Source: Balanoglossus misakiensis
Lineage: Eukaryota > Animalia > Hemichordata
Assembly (NCBI GenBank): GCA_040954595.2
Contig: CM082581.2
Coordinates: 12,150,286-12,214,285, forward strand
Reading direction: 5' to 3'
Length of the DNA stretch: 64,000 nt
The notes under the pieces are model-generated. The model searched no databases and was not told where the DNA came from. It was given only the letters and a program-made list of their open reading frames with translations. Positions 40,656-53,329 of the stretch are shown here, in pieces. Made by a program: the position numbers and the translations under genes. The stretch's first letter is position 1. The number at the start of each line of letters is the position of its first letter.

Positions 40656-40756
40656 CACAAAATGGCAGTGATGTGCTGGTTGAGGCAGTGGAATTACAAA
40701 CATTTAGAATCTTCAAAAACAGAAGTCAACACAAAATGGCAGTGATGTGCTGGTTA
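40656..40756. repeat. Direct repeat CACAAAATGGCAGTGATGTGCTGGTT x2, with a third partial copy at about 41040
   Basis: Copies at about 40656 and 40730; ACACAAAATGGCAGTGA again at 41041. Confidence 0.75.
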
Positions 40757-41181
40757 CTTTATATATATCACAAAAAGTTATCTTGTATACTTTTCTCTAC
40801 TTTTCACTATCAACTACAAAACAGAAAAATACTGAGAGCATTAAAATTCTTACCCACATATTCCTAAATAATTCCAACTAAATTACAATGTCCTGGTGTT
40901 AGTTGGCAGTTAGAATTTTAGCAGTTTACCAGGTATCAGACATGATCAATAGAATTTTGGTTTAAATTATTTCTATGAATACAATTATCAGAAGAAAAAC
41001 TGATGGCAACTTCTAGCGAGAACTGAAACGTACAGTTAACACAAAATGGCAGTGACTTGATAGCTATGGAATGACACAAAAGTTAATTTCCGTTTGTGTC
41101 TGTAAATAACGCCTGGTTCAAAACTGCACAGTCTTGATTTGAGTTATCTGGAACATCTAAATCTTCTCTTCAATGAGTCGT

Positions 41182-43164
41182 CTAATCATCTAACGGCAGA
41201 TGCTTCCAGTCAATAGGTTTCTTGCCTTCTTTCTTCAGTAATTCATTCGCTTTTGAGAAATGGTCGCAGCCAAAGAACCCTCTGTGAGCCGACAGAGGTG
41301 ATGGATGAACAGCCTTCAGGATGTGATGTTTCTTCTGTGAAAGAAAGTGACAAAACACAGGTTTGAACAATCTCCAAATAACTGGGAGTCATTTATTTGG
41401 AACATTTTTCTACTGCTTTTATCATGACAGAAATTTAAATTGCTAGGTCACATTATGATTAAATTCAATCATACCTTATCAATGATGGCGCCCTTCTTCT
41501 GAGCGTAGGATCCCCATAGCAGAAAGACCACACCATGTAAATTCTTACTCAGCCATGTGATCACAGCATCTGTGAATGTTTCCCAGCCTTTTTCTTTGTG
41601 TGAGTTGGCATTGCCGGCTCTGACAGTCAAAACAGCATTGAGTAACAACACACCTAGATAGGATGACAATGATAGAGAAGACTATCAATAGTAGGTGAAG
41701 GTCAAAGGTGAAAACAAAAATTTCAGATTGCACATTTTTAAAGATATTTCACACAGGCAGCTTTTGGACCAAAGAATTTACCTTGCTTTGCCCAGCCATT
41801 CAAATATCCATGTCCAGGGTGTTTAAAATCTTCATATTCTTTGGACAACTCCTTGAACATATTTGCCAAACTTGCAAAGAATAACAAAATATAATTAGTC
41901 ATTCAGACCTCAGATAGTTCGTAAAGCATTGACCCAGGTTCCCACATTTGTCACTATGCTGTATATACCTTCCGGAATCCTCTGAGAAACTGTATTGCTC
42001 ATATGTTTGACATCATTCAAAATTCCAGATTACTTATTACTTTAAATAATATCTTACCTCGGAGGTGGGCGTACTCCGTTTTGTACACTAAAGCACAGTC
42101 CTGAAATAGACACAGGTGAAAGAAAACCAGTTACAACTAATATACTGCAAATGCATATAAATGCAAAGTTTCTACTCTCCCTCTTCATCACATCAGTTGA
42201 TCATTTTAACTGGATAGCATACTAGTATGTAGCTTTGCAACAGAGACGAACTGATGTTTTTATGCATACCATGAGCTTGTCTTGGGCCATGGTATGGGTC
42301 TTGTCCAAGAATAACAACCTTCACCTAAAAAAATATCAGGAATACAAAATGTATGTCATTAGCAATTGGCAGTGATGTTAGCTGTGTGTTTATTGCACCC
42401 TTTCCACCCCTACCATCAAATGGAAACACTTACCTCTCTGACATCACAGGACTGAGCCCAGGTGTAAACTTGGTGACTTGGAGGATAGATTGTATTAGAC
42501 TGTCTCTCACGTTCTACAAAGTCTTGTAACTGAAAAAAAATGTAAAACTGGATTTAGTCTTTTCAGATGTTTTCAATCTGAAATTTGCATTTAAAGTTAC
42601 ACTTTCAACTTAGTTCAAGACAGTAATGAATGGTTGTCAACTAGTACTATACAGACATACTTTAATGAAGTATGGTTTTGAGAATTCAGCTGCAAGGGCT
42701 TTCTTCCAGGAGATTCTCATATGTTCTGGGGCATTCGGGATTTGTTTTGCTTGAAGTTTTGCTAAAGCCTCTTCTTTTTTCTTCTCAATCATCGTTTTCT
42801 GTTCTGGTGACAGTGAAGACTTCCGGTCATCTGGCTTTATCTTCTTAGTGGGCGTGGTCACCTGTCAAAATGTGGATGTTAAAAATACCAATATTAACGT
42901 ATGTATAAAGTAAGTTTAGACATGGTTTTAGAGACTTCGTTGTGGCTTTTGCTAGCTACACGTGTTAGTTTTTTATTATAAAAACGTACGTGCCTAAGGT
43001 ACGCACACATAATAATGAGAGATCCCGTGTCAATTTCAGCATGTGACCCATGCATACGTTACTTTACGTACCTTATCATCAGTCAACTCTGCTTGGTCAG
43101 ATAGCGACCGTTTCTGTGTCACTTTAGGAGTGAAGAACGACGAAATCTTACTCTGTCCGATCAT
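41182..43164 (-). CDS. UNG: Uracil-DNA glycosylase (family 1)
   Basis: Exons at about 43164-43072, 42861-42661, 42530-42434, 42325-42270, 42100-42058, 41870-41782, 41654-41475, 41334-41182. N-terminal PIP box QSKISSFF; GQDPYHGP; [11 protein letters not shown]; [12 protein letters not shown]; [21 protein letters not shown]. Confidence 0.96.
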
Positions 43165-43264
43165 CGCAATATCGGAAGTCCTTTGACAAGCGAAAAACGA
43201 TATGCTTTCATTAAAAAGTCCCCTAGCAACTACTATGCTACGAACAATTAAAGATACCATCACA

Positions 43265-43420
43265 TTTTGGCGGGACTTTAATCTTCAGCCAATCAGAGGA
43301 GAGCTTACGACTTGCAAGAAAGGGCTATGTACTTACCCAATCAAGACGAGCGTATTGTCTTATTGGAGGGCAGTGCAGGTGAAGTGTGAAAAGTAAAAGG
43401 ATACGCTTAAAACCGGAAGC
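43265..43420. promoter_or_regulatory. Bidirectional UNG/CYP promoter with E2F-like, CCAAT and ETS motifs
   Basis: TTTTGGCGGGA at about 43266; AGCCAATCA at about 43287; CCCAATCA at about 43336; ATTGG at 43362; CCGGAAG at about 43413; candidate non-coding CYP exon ending AGAG|GTAAGT at about 43467. Confidence 0.6.
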
Positions 43421-44527
43421 GAGATATATAATCCGTGAAAATGCCATTCGGTTCGAATTGTTAGAGGTAAGTTTCTATTTACACTCATTCAGAAGGCATT
43501 GATTCATTTGAAACTATACCATTATCACCGAAATCAGGCGTATGACTAATCAGAAACATGATTTAAAACTAAACTGGGTCATGAAAACAAAATGGATGAA
43601 CCTGTTCTCCTTGACCTCGACCTAGTTAGCGGAATGGAGTGGTTGCCATGGAATTATGTGTCGCATTTCGCCCTAAAAAGTGCTGCTATTGCGTCTAAAA
43701 TGTTGCTCTAGCCTACCACTCCGAGACTTGAGTGTTGGTGAGAGAGTTATATAATCATCAATGGAGTTCGTGATTTAGACAAGTGAAATGTCTGAACATC
43801 CTCAGCAGCTTCAGTAGTGGTAGTTTATGCAGGCCATGGAATCGATGTTACGTAACCATAGTGATATATCTATGGTTACGCAACATTGATTCTGGGACCA
43901 GCAGTAATACTTTCATGTGTCAAGAGCAGTGCCGTTATGTATACATACCTGAATACTGGTCAATGGCATTGAAAATAAAATGTAGGGAAAAAAACAACTG
44001 TAGACAATATTTGTACATAGGAGAAAAACACTTAAATGATAATATTGCTTGTATCCCTCTTCTGGTTTAAATTAAAATGGATTGCTCTTTTTATCACACA
44101 GGTAATAACCATGCCATTCAGCCAGCAGCATCTGATTATAGGCTGCATATTTGTATAGCCCAGTTGTACAAATATCATTATGCCAGTGAGTGTCTCATTG
44201 CATAACCATATATCTTGACTGAACCAGACACTGGAGAGAATCTGACACACATTCAACAGAGCAGGTTTGTTCCTTTATCTGTTTCGAAAGCTCTAATGAA
44301 ATTGTGTGGGGACATTGTATCACGCAGTGTGTTGCGATAAAGTATAGTGTTAACTTCAAGAACAGCTGTCTTAATTGTCTTTCAGTTCAGTGGAAGGATG
44401 AAGTGATTTCAGAAAGTGATATTGAACTGTTGTAGTCTAATTATAGACGAAATTGATTGGTCGTAAATGGAAATGCTTGAGTTAGTACAACCTAGATCTC
44501 CACTGATGTCATACATAATTTACATTG

Positions 44528-44605
44528 ATCTGAACCATGACTGTAGTATAATCACTTCTTTTGAAATTCATCTGTGAACCATGACTGTATAATCACTTCT
44601 TTTGA
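44528..44605. repeat. Short tandem duplication (TGAACCATGACTGTA..TAATCACTTCTTTTGA x2)
   Basis: Two near-identical copies of about 33 bp. Confidence 0.7.
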
Positions 44606-44822
44606 GATGAATTTCAGTATGTATGTTGCTATGTTACCAGTGAGGTCATCCCTGGAATCACAAGCCGTGTAACGTCAATTAACGGGCAATTGAGTGGCAC
44701 CAGATTTCAGTGTCAAATTCTGTCTGCTTCAGGGGAAAACATTCCTGTGATGAGAACATGAACTGCGTATTGTGAGAAGGCTGACAACTCAACCCCAGTG
44801 AATCCACAACCAGTGTCTGAAT

Positions 44823-47494
44823 ATGGCATCACCAAAGGGACACATTGGCTACACCGTGATCGGTGACAAGTCTGTGGAGTTTTACAGGGACCCGATCGCT
44901 TTTGTTAATAAAAGAATTGAACAGTATTCCGAGAGAGTGTTCCAAACAAGGGTACTGAACACGGCAACCATATTTGTGGCCTCATGTAACGGAGTCAGAG
45001 AGCTACTGCATGGTGAGTGCATTTTTCTGTTTTATGTCTGAGTTTCATTACATCGAACCTGATATGATGAGGTTGAATATAGTTTTACAAAAAGTGGCAA
45101 TAGCATACTCACTACTCAGACTCTCATGGTTGACGTTTGCCTTTATAATATCATTTTTCCCCCATTTTCTTTCAGAAAAGAGCCATTGCTTCGATATGGG
45201 TTACAAATCATTTATGTACAGTCTTTACGGTGATAATTTGATGTTTTCCGGACAAAAAGAAGCACACCGAATCCGACAAGTCCTACACAATCTATTCTGC
45301 GGAGAACCAGTCACAAACTGGAATACATTACTTGACAGCTTAATTGAGAGGAATTTTGGACAGCTGAGCTCAAAGTATGTATAGTGTCTGTTATCCAAAT
45401 CTATAACCAGGCTGCCAAGATGGCCGCCAATTGCTATAATACAATTTCACAGAACTTCGCACATAAATAAATAGCTTCCCATTTCTGTTTTCAGAACGGC
45501 TTTACCTATGTATAAAGTCTTCAAGCAGTTTGCAACAGAGCTATCACTGAGCATATTTCTAGATATCGATGTAGAAAAGTCTTCAGAACTTGCCCATCAG
45601 ATTACAGAATTAACTACATCCCATTGGCATGGTAAGTGACAAAATTATTGCAATGTAAATGTGTGAATGTGTGTGACTGTCTGTCTGACTGTAAACTAGA
45701 ATTTTAAAAGAAGAGTATCAAAGACTTGATTGCATACCAGTTACCCTAGTAACAGGTATGTCTGCCAATATACTCCTTTGTACACCAAACACATTTAGCA
45801 TAGAAGTCTAATGTATTTTTATATATTTACTAGGTATTATCTCTGTGCCATTCAGTCTCCGAGTGCCGTATTGGTCTTCAGGATACAAGAAAGCCATTGA
45901 AGCCAAGGTTAGTGTGAATCATGTTTGACATTTGCCATACTTCTGCTGTAATACTTCTTGCTGCTAGTGTTTTCCCCTAACCCAGTTTTCATTGTGTGTA
46001 TTGTTGTTTGAAACAAGGAATTGTTCAATAATTCTAAATGTGAACCCTTACATGGCTTTTACCCTGTAGAATTCACTTTACAACATCATATTCAAGAAAC
46101 TGTCCCAGTCCAAGGATGATGGGTTTCTGCACAAGATAAAGACAGCTGGTTTCAGTGACACAGCAGAGGCTGCCCATCATGTCCTCCTCTTCATCTCAGC
46201 ATTGGTTCCCAAGGCGATTGCCTCACTTCTCACCTCATTTACAATCATCATGGATGATCCAGCAAATGTAAGTCAGTGTGTATCCTCAGCATTTTACATC
46301 ACTGATGAGTTATGTGTTTTCTGATGTCATTTTCCTAACTTGACTGGAATTGAGACCACAAGATCCCATCGCACAGATTTGTGAATTTCTTCATTTATAT
46401 TCTTGCAGATGCATCACAAACAAAAGGCTCTGGCAGATGAGAAATATTTACACCATCTTTTGCTGGAAGTGCAAAGATTGTGGCCTCCTTTTCTTGGAGG
46501 CAGACGCTTAGCAACCAAGGTATGACATTCTGTGACATCGGGTAAACAGCGCCCTCTATCCACCACAATCTGATTTCTGCATCCAGAGTAGCTTGAGAAG
46601 GGAGAAATTACCACAACTCATGAGGGCGTGGTTTTTTATATTTCTCCTCAGGATTGTGAAATTGATGGCTATAAGATTCCCAAAGACTATGCAGTGGTAT
46701 ACATTACCTACACAGCACACAGAGATCCTAAAGTCTTCAAAAATCCAGACATATTTAAGCCAGAGAGATGGCAAAATTGGTGAGTTTCCCATCTGATATT
46801 GTTAAATATTCTCAGTAAAGGAAGCCTGGTATATCAATCACCTCTAATTTTCTTATACCCATATATGGTGGTGCATCCAACTGCGATCTTCTAGATCTCC
46901 AGTTTCCGTAGTAACTGTGGCTAACATTTTTATCTTTACCCTCACATATAGCAATGCTGATCATCAGAAGCTTCTCAGCTGTTTTGGAGGTGGACCGAGA
47001 GATTGTGTTGGCACTGTACTTATGCAGCATATGTTACAGGTATGACCGCTCTTCCTTCATTTCAATGCTTTTATTACAGTAAAGGTAAAAGGTTGGTAGT
47101 TCTCTCTCATGTATAGTGCAGAGAAACCTGGCTGAACTGAAATCTGTTCAACCTGAAAACCTGTCTATATTGAATATTTATACCAGTCCTGTTCACATAG
47201 GACATTATATTGAAAGAACCTCTGTAAACCAGACACCTCTGTAAACCAGATACTTCTGTAGACTAGATACTTCTCTCTGCCCCCTGTGGCATCTGATCTA
47301 GACAGGTTTTACATACAGTATCATTAATACAGGTTGTCTGCCACTACCTGCTAAAGCAGTATACATGGGTGTTACCGGAAGGGCAGGACTTGACTCACAA
47401 GTGGCTGCCAGTGTCCAGACCCAGAGATCAGGTCATGGTGGTCTATTCGGACGGCTCTACAGATACAGACGCCCCCAGGGAAGAGGAGGAGTGA
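44823..47494 (+). CDS. Cytochrome P450, clan-26-like (CYP16/CYP120-like), atypical
   Basis: Exons at about 44823-45012, 45175-45374, 45495-45631, 45834-45907, 46070-46267, 46410-46519, 46651-46779, 46952-47039, 47333-47494. N-terminal PKGHIGYTVIG..EFYRDP..F..KRIEQY; ExxR (EVQR); IDGYKIPK; FKPERW; heme motif FGGGPRDCVG. Confidence 0.88.
47115..47313. mobile_element. Degenerate Tc1/pogo-like MITE with internal CCTCTGTAAACCAGA repeats
   Basis: CAGAGAAACCTG...CAGGTTTTACA imperfect inverted ends; 2-4 internal repeats of about 16 bp. Confidence 0.45.
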
Positions 47495-47515
47495 TGAACA
47501 AGAAAGGCATTCTGT

Positions 47516-47608
47516 TTAACCCTTTCACCAACATGGTTCAGTCCAAATCCATTGTTTTATATGGGAAGGTTGGACCTCCATAGAGGGAACTGGGGGTGAA
47601 AGGGTTAA
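47516..47608. mobile_element. TTAA-flanked piggyBac-like MITE in the CYP 3' UTR
   Basis: Perfect inverted ends TTAA-CCCTTTCACC ... GGTGAAAGGG-TTAA. Confidence 0.8.
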
Positions 47609-48883
47609 ACCTGAGTGATTTTGCCTGTATTCATTGTAATATAAGGCCAAGAAAAAAATTGTTTTGTGTCTTTGGTTTTACCCAAAGAGGGGGACGACAT
47701 GAGTTTCTTTTTTAAAAAATGCTCTGTGTTGAGTCAAGTTCTGCCATTGTCTCTGTTTGGAGGGGCTTTAATCAGACTGACTCTGGCCATTCTTGCCTGC
47801 TGTCAAATAAGTCATGAAGTTCTGTGCTTGACTTTTGAACTCTGTATTCGTACATCACACAACATCAAACAAGTGATCAATCGTGCTTTATTCAGATGCC
47901 CTTCTGGACACGATGACCCTTTACAAAACTAAACTAATTAAGGTGAATGATTACAGACACATCTTTGCTGCACTGGTTACTGTTTAATTTTTGAACATAT
48001 CAAAACACATTAATCAGCTCTTATCACTAATGCAGACAGGGTAAACATGCAACACTTGTCTAGGTTCAAAAGATATACAGGAAAAAAGACCTCTTTATCC
48101 TGATAAGAATGGTAGCTTTTAGTTTGAGTGCTGAAAGACTCAAAAATTCAAAATTCTTTATGTTTCATGGCATTTCCCACAACATTTGAAAATTTTCTCA
48201 CTCAATAAATCTGGTTCATGTTAGACTGAAAGAAAAATACTGACTCAGAAAACCCCACACATAAAAGAAAATTAGTGAAATAAATTGTATATTTTTGGAA
48301 TATGATAAAATCAGAAAATTGGAGTCACTTTGTCAATTACGTACTGGGAAGTCAGAGTCAAAAAAATCACAAAGGTAATATTTAAATCTGATGAGGAGGA
48401 GCTCCTCTCTGCCAACAGTGACTGTTTACACATGAATTAAAGTTTGGTTTTACATTCAACTTTGAACAATGGCAATGCTTCATTGGAGATGTTCAGAATA
48501 CTAAGTCAAGTCAGGCTTCATTCTTTTTCTGGGCAAGTCAATTTAAACCACTGCCAACAGCAGTATACAAAGTAAATTATGGTCACTGGTGCAAACAAGT
48601 TCACAATATCATGCTGCCTAACAAAATGCTCTATTTTCCCTTCCTAAACGTAGCTCTGAAATGTGAAAAATGTTGTTCATTAACTAAAATGAAGGCTGTA
48701 ACTGAAGAATATCAAAATGGCTCATACTATGCCATGGATTCTTTATAGTCTATCTGGTCTCTGGATACACATTCTTGGCTGTATAAATTTACTGAGCGTC
48801 AACAAGACTTGTCATTGTACTCATATTATTCTGCACCAGGACGGAGGCTCCACTTCCTAAAACGGTGGCTCCTCTTTCGGACA

Positions 48884-49714
48884 CTACTGAAGCGTGTTAT
48901 ATACCTCTTCGGCTGTTGGTCTTGTTTTGTAACCTGGTTTGATCATACGATTGATTATGTTTCGAACGTCATCATGAGCTTGAACTTCGGGCCTAAGCAC
49001 TCTTATGGCATCCGACGCACTGTGTTGGGTGTGTTGAACTAGGCCTATAGGCATTTGAACACGGTCGCTGAAGAATATTACCAGACGATTTTCAAGTATT
49101 TGACGCTCCAATATGGCACAGAATAAAACTCCCAGTGAAAAGACGTCAGCTTTGTTGGTGTAGCGGCGGGCCCATACCTCGGGCGCCATGTACAACAGTG
49201 TCCCTATCGCTGTGTATAAGTAATTTCCACTCTTCTTTGCCGTGCTTAAAATTTGGCCCATATTGGCTGGGATTTTGGCGAGCCCGAAATCAGCAACTTT
49301 GATCCACGGCTTCTTTTTTCTCATTGTAATCAGGATGTTTTCTGGTTTGAGGTCACGGTGGGTGATATCTTTCTTATGCGAGAAACTGACAGCATCGGCC
49401 ATTTGCTCCATGAACGTGAGGATGACATCATAAGCCGGATTCTTCTTGACGACATACTCTTCCAGATTACCACCGTTGCAGAATTCCAATACAATATTTA
49501 AATGCTGTCCGAGTGGGAAAACATCAAACAGCTTGACAATATGATCGTGGTCTTGTAGGATTTCTAATGCTTCAACCTCTTCGATTCTAAATCGGCGTTT
49601 GTCCATTTTTTTTATTGCGCATTCCATTCCCGTACTTTTTTGACGACCTTTATAAACGTCACCAAAAGCTCCACTTCCAAGCTTATCCCCTTCGATATAA
49701 TCTGCAGCCGACAT
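48884..49714 (-). CDS. Ser/Thr protein kinase, PDIK1L/STK35-like, single-exon CDS
   Basis: GSGAFG, AIK, HRDLKPEN, KVADFGLAK, YMAPEVW..YTNKADVFSLG..AILER; splice acceptor TTTTAG 10 nt before the ATG implies a 5' UTR intron. Confidence 0.88.
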   Translation of the reverse strand: MSAADYIEGDKLGSGAFGDVYKGRQKSTGMECAIKKMDKRRFRIEEVEALEILQDHDHIVKLFDVFPLGQHLNIVLEFCNGGNLEEYVVKKNPAYDVILTFMEQMADAVSFSHKKDITHRDLKPENILITMRKKKPWIKVADFGLAKIPANMGQILSTAKKSGNYLYTAIGTLLYMAPEVWARRYTNKADVFSLGVLFCAILERQILENRLVIFFSDRVQMPIGLVQHTQHSASDAIRVLRPEVQAHDDVRNIINRMIKPGYKTRPTAEEVYNTLQ

Positions 49715-52700
49715 ATTGTCTTACGCTAAAATGCAGAAAAAAAGGGGAAGTTTTAATACCAAGTACAGTCCAAAAAGGTGATATTACAAAATGACCACCC
49801 GCCTTACATACGCAACAAAACCACATCCGCCTGCCCAACCACACCCCAATGTACCTGAGTACTTGCAGTTAAATAATTCGGCAACTACCCGTTCTGAACA
49901 GATGTTAAAAGTTGACAGAGTATTGCTTACCGATACGGAGATACCTTGGATGTTTTAAGGATACTGGGCCAGATTTTGGGAAGAAAACTATAAATTGACA
50001 ACAGCGTGCATAAAATGTCTGCTCCGTTGAAGAGTTTTTGTTGTGTGATCGTGACGTGGCAGTCATGAAACCGATTCTTAGAATTTCGTGAGTGAGACAA
50101 ACAAAATCACAGATGCACATGCGCCACGCATAATTTTCGAGGATTGGTCGACGTGCCCTTTACTTTAATTGCGGGCCTTCAAGTCTTGTGATGTGTTACT
50201 CCCCTTATGCCCGCCCTCTAGTGGCCAATGAAAGCCAATGCTATCAGGGAGGCGTCGGATTCAACGTGATTACCTTTTTTCCGAATAACACACACGCGCG
50301 CGCGCAAGTTAATTTAAGTTACTTTATTCAGCAGTCACATTTCCAATGTGGTGCGTTCTGCAAAGTCCGTTATATATCGACTGACGACTTTTACTCCAGA
50401 CGCCAATATCTGTCTTGAGTTGTGTCAAATTCGATCCTTCATAAACGAAACTGCAGGTGAATATTTCCAGAAGTAAATACTCAAATATTTATTTATTGTA
50501 GAATTATATGTCGGAGGTCGTCATGGTTGAATAAATATGATTGATGTGACTATCTGTTCAAAAGTGTTCTGCCGTAACTCAATATTTCTTAATAAAAACA
50601 ATTCTGTCGAATGCTAAAATCATGACATGTTCAGCATCGAACTGAGACAAATATCGGAAATGATTCAAAGTATGGCTAAAAACGAAGTTCGTATTAGAAA
50701 TGAGTGAAACAGACCATGAAGTAAATAAATGTACTAAGGCTACGGGGATGTGAGCTCGAAAAAGATTAGCATGTGTGTATGTGTATAAACCACTGTTTCC
50801 TGTTCGGCATCCCAAGGCAAATTTAAATGCATATTGTTAATCTTTTCAACATAGCTCCATGTCTGCACAATCTACCATGTTATTGTCCCCGGGTTATTGT
50901 TTGTAAATTGTATTAATTCCGGACTTGAATGCATCATTTCTGGGTGTGGTGGGATACTATAGGGAAGGGGAACAAAAGTATTTTAATACTCAAAATAAAT
51001 ATAGTGATAGTTGCCTGTTAGCTTCAGATTCCTCAACAACGTTTCATGTGTTGTTGACTTTCCTTTAATTTGTAACCCTTTGTTGGATGGGAAAACAAAA
51101 TTTGTATGCTTGTGATATTTACCTAGCTCGCATTCGAGTATGTTTTTAGTGCCACGACCTCATTGATCACGCTTCATACATTCAACCACAATGAATTGCT
51201 GTCATTTTTCATGGTATTAAGTTATTTTTATTTTCCACTCCAGTTGGCCAGGTGCGTTGGCTTTGCAGACTTAGGCCTACGTGAGCTAAAATCAACCATG
51301 TGCCACAATCTAAAATAGACACTTTGCTGACTCCTTGTAAATTGATGTTTCTTTGTTGAGGGCATTATTGTGTTGTCCGCTTTAAAAAAAACTAATTAAA
51401 TGGAATAAACATATGGTCACCTATAAAAAAATAATGTTAAATACAGACTTATCGTCTGGATAGCCAGGAAACACGTTGTACATGTAAGTCCTAAAGTAAG
51501 AATGGATATGAATGTCCATGCATGTTGTACGTAAATGTACATTGTTATTTATACTCAGGTTCAAATTTCTGTATTCTGACTGCTAATTAGTTTCTCCCAT
51601 TTTATTTCACAGAAATTAGTTTCATCTCTTCGTAAAAGTATAAACTAAAATTCAAGGTATCATTTTGAAGTGAGCAATATGATTTTGTGCATAATTCCCC
51701 TTCTTGCTGATTACATAATTGTGGTATCATTCTGTAGAGTAACTGTTCTGCATAATAGTGATTTACGTTTGTCAATCCTGCACCACTCGTGTGCCTAAAC
51801 ATTTTACAACCCAATGTATGTTGGCCATATAAATCTGTAGTCTCTGTAGACTTTTTATTTTCCATTTGCTGTCCGTGTCTTTAACATTTGCAATTCATGT
51901 GAGGAACATCTTAACGACCGAACTGACACAAAAGTTATTTACCCCCAAATGATAATTAACGCAATTCATCAAACCGAACACAAATAGTACACCCGGGAAT
52001 AGTTTTGTGCGAAGACATCCACTTCCAAGTGAATTTATTCATTACGAGTAGAATTGATGGGAGACAAGGGCGTCGTCGCGACGGTGCTGAATTGCTGGAT
52101 GGAACTCGTCTCTAAATGTTACTGAAGGAACACAGGTCATTTGAAAGTTACATCAAATCACACAAGGCTCTCGACTTTAGAAAGTCGATGGTTTTGATGA
52201 GTGCAATGAACTATTTTTTTATCAGACATTAATTTATTGAGCATAACGTGGGTATACCATATGGAAATAATCTCTGAACAAAATGAATTCCTCTGCCCTT
52301 TTTTTGCTAAAATACACACATCCTTTCCTCCCAAAGGGTTAATGGAGAAATAGGCGGTCAGTTTGAATAGTAAATATTTGTGAAGATCCAACTTTTCTAG
52401 GCATCATAGATATCCAAAAGACTTCAAGTGAGTGTCAACTTAAAACAGTAAAGAGCATATGCTATAAATAAGGTCAAACGGTGGCAAGTAACATTTCACT
52501 AAAATTCAAACTGATTAAAAATATCGATATTGTCAGGAATGGTTTCAAAACCATAAATTAGGCCAGCCCTATAATTAAATGTCTGAATATTTTCTTATGA
52601 TTATATACGGCAAAAGCTCACCTATATTTTAAAACATAATTTGACAGGTTAATATAAGTAGAAAATATAATTTACCCTGTTTGTGGCACGGCATTACAAT

Positions 52701-53329
52701 AACTCAACATTAGCGAGACCCCTCACACTGACGTAGAGGCGAATAAAATGGAGTTAATCTATAGACAAAGAGACAGGAATTGAATGATGAGAAAAGTTTC
52801 AACCGTGCGCTAGTTCTTTTGACAACACAGTGTCTAGTGTATATCTCCCTGTACGTGTCTCCCGATTACACCATACCGTTTTCATAACACCATTGCATCA
52901 AAGTGATGTTGGAAGAGCAGGATTACAGATTCTGAGACATTTTGTTGGCCTATTGTTAAACTGTAAATGCCGTGTATGTACAGAGCGAACGTGTAACGTT
53001 CAGCGTTTGAACTCCTTTGGATTCAAACGTTTGTAGCGACGTTATCATGGTAAGACATGTGCTTGCTGCCCTCACAGACCTATCCGAAGTACCACATGCA
53101 TGGATACTCTGTATTAGATAGAATCACGAAAATGTGTTTCATTCGCTGCGTTGTGACGATAATATCCGATGGACTACTTTCCTCCGGACTACTTTCTTAC
53201 TTCACGCCACGTGTCCGAACTGCGTGCGTCGTCCACTCACACCGCGCATGTGCACCAGTTCTCTGTATTCAGGATACCGAAATGTCTTACAGGTGCATCT
53301 GGCTCGCGTTCGACGTCACGAGACATGTA

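Noticed and set aside
52068-52091. REST/NRSE-like TTCAGCACC downstream of the nAChR gene
   Set aside because: Only the left half-site matches; the GGACAG right half is absent.
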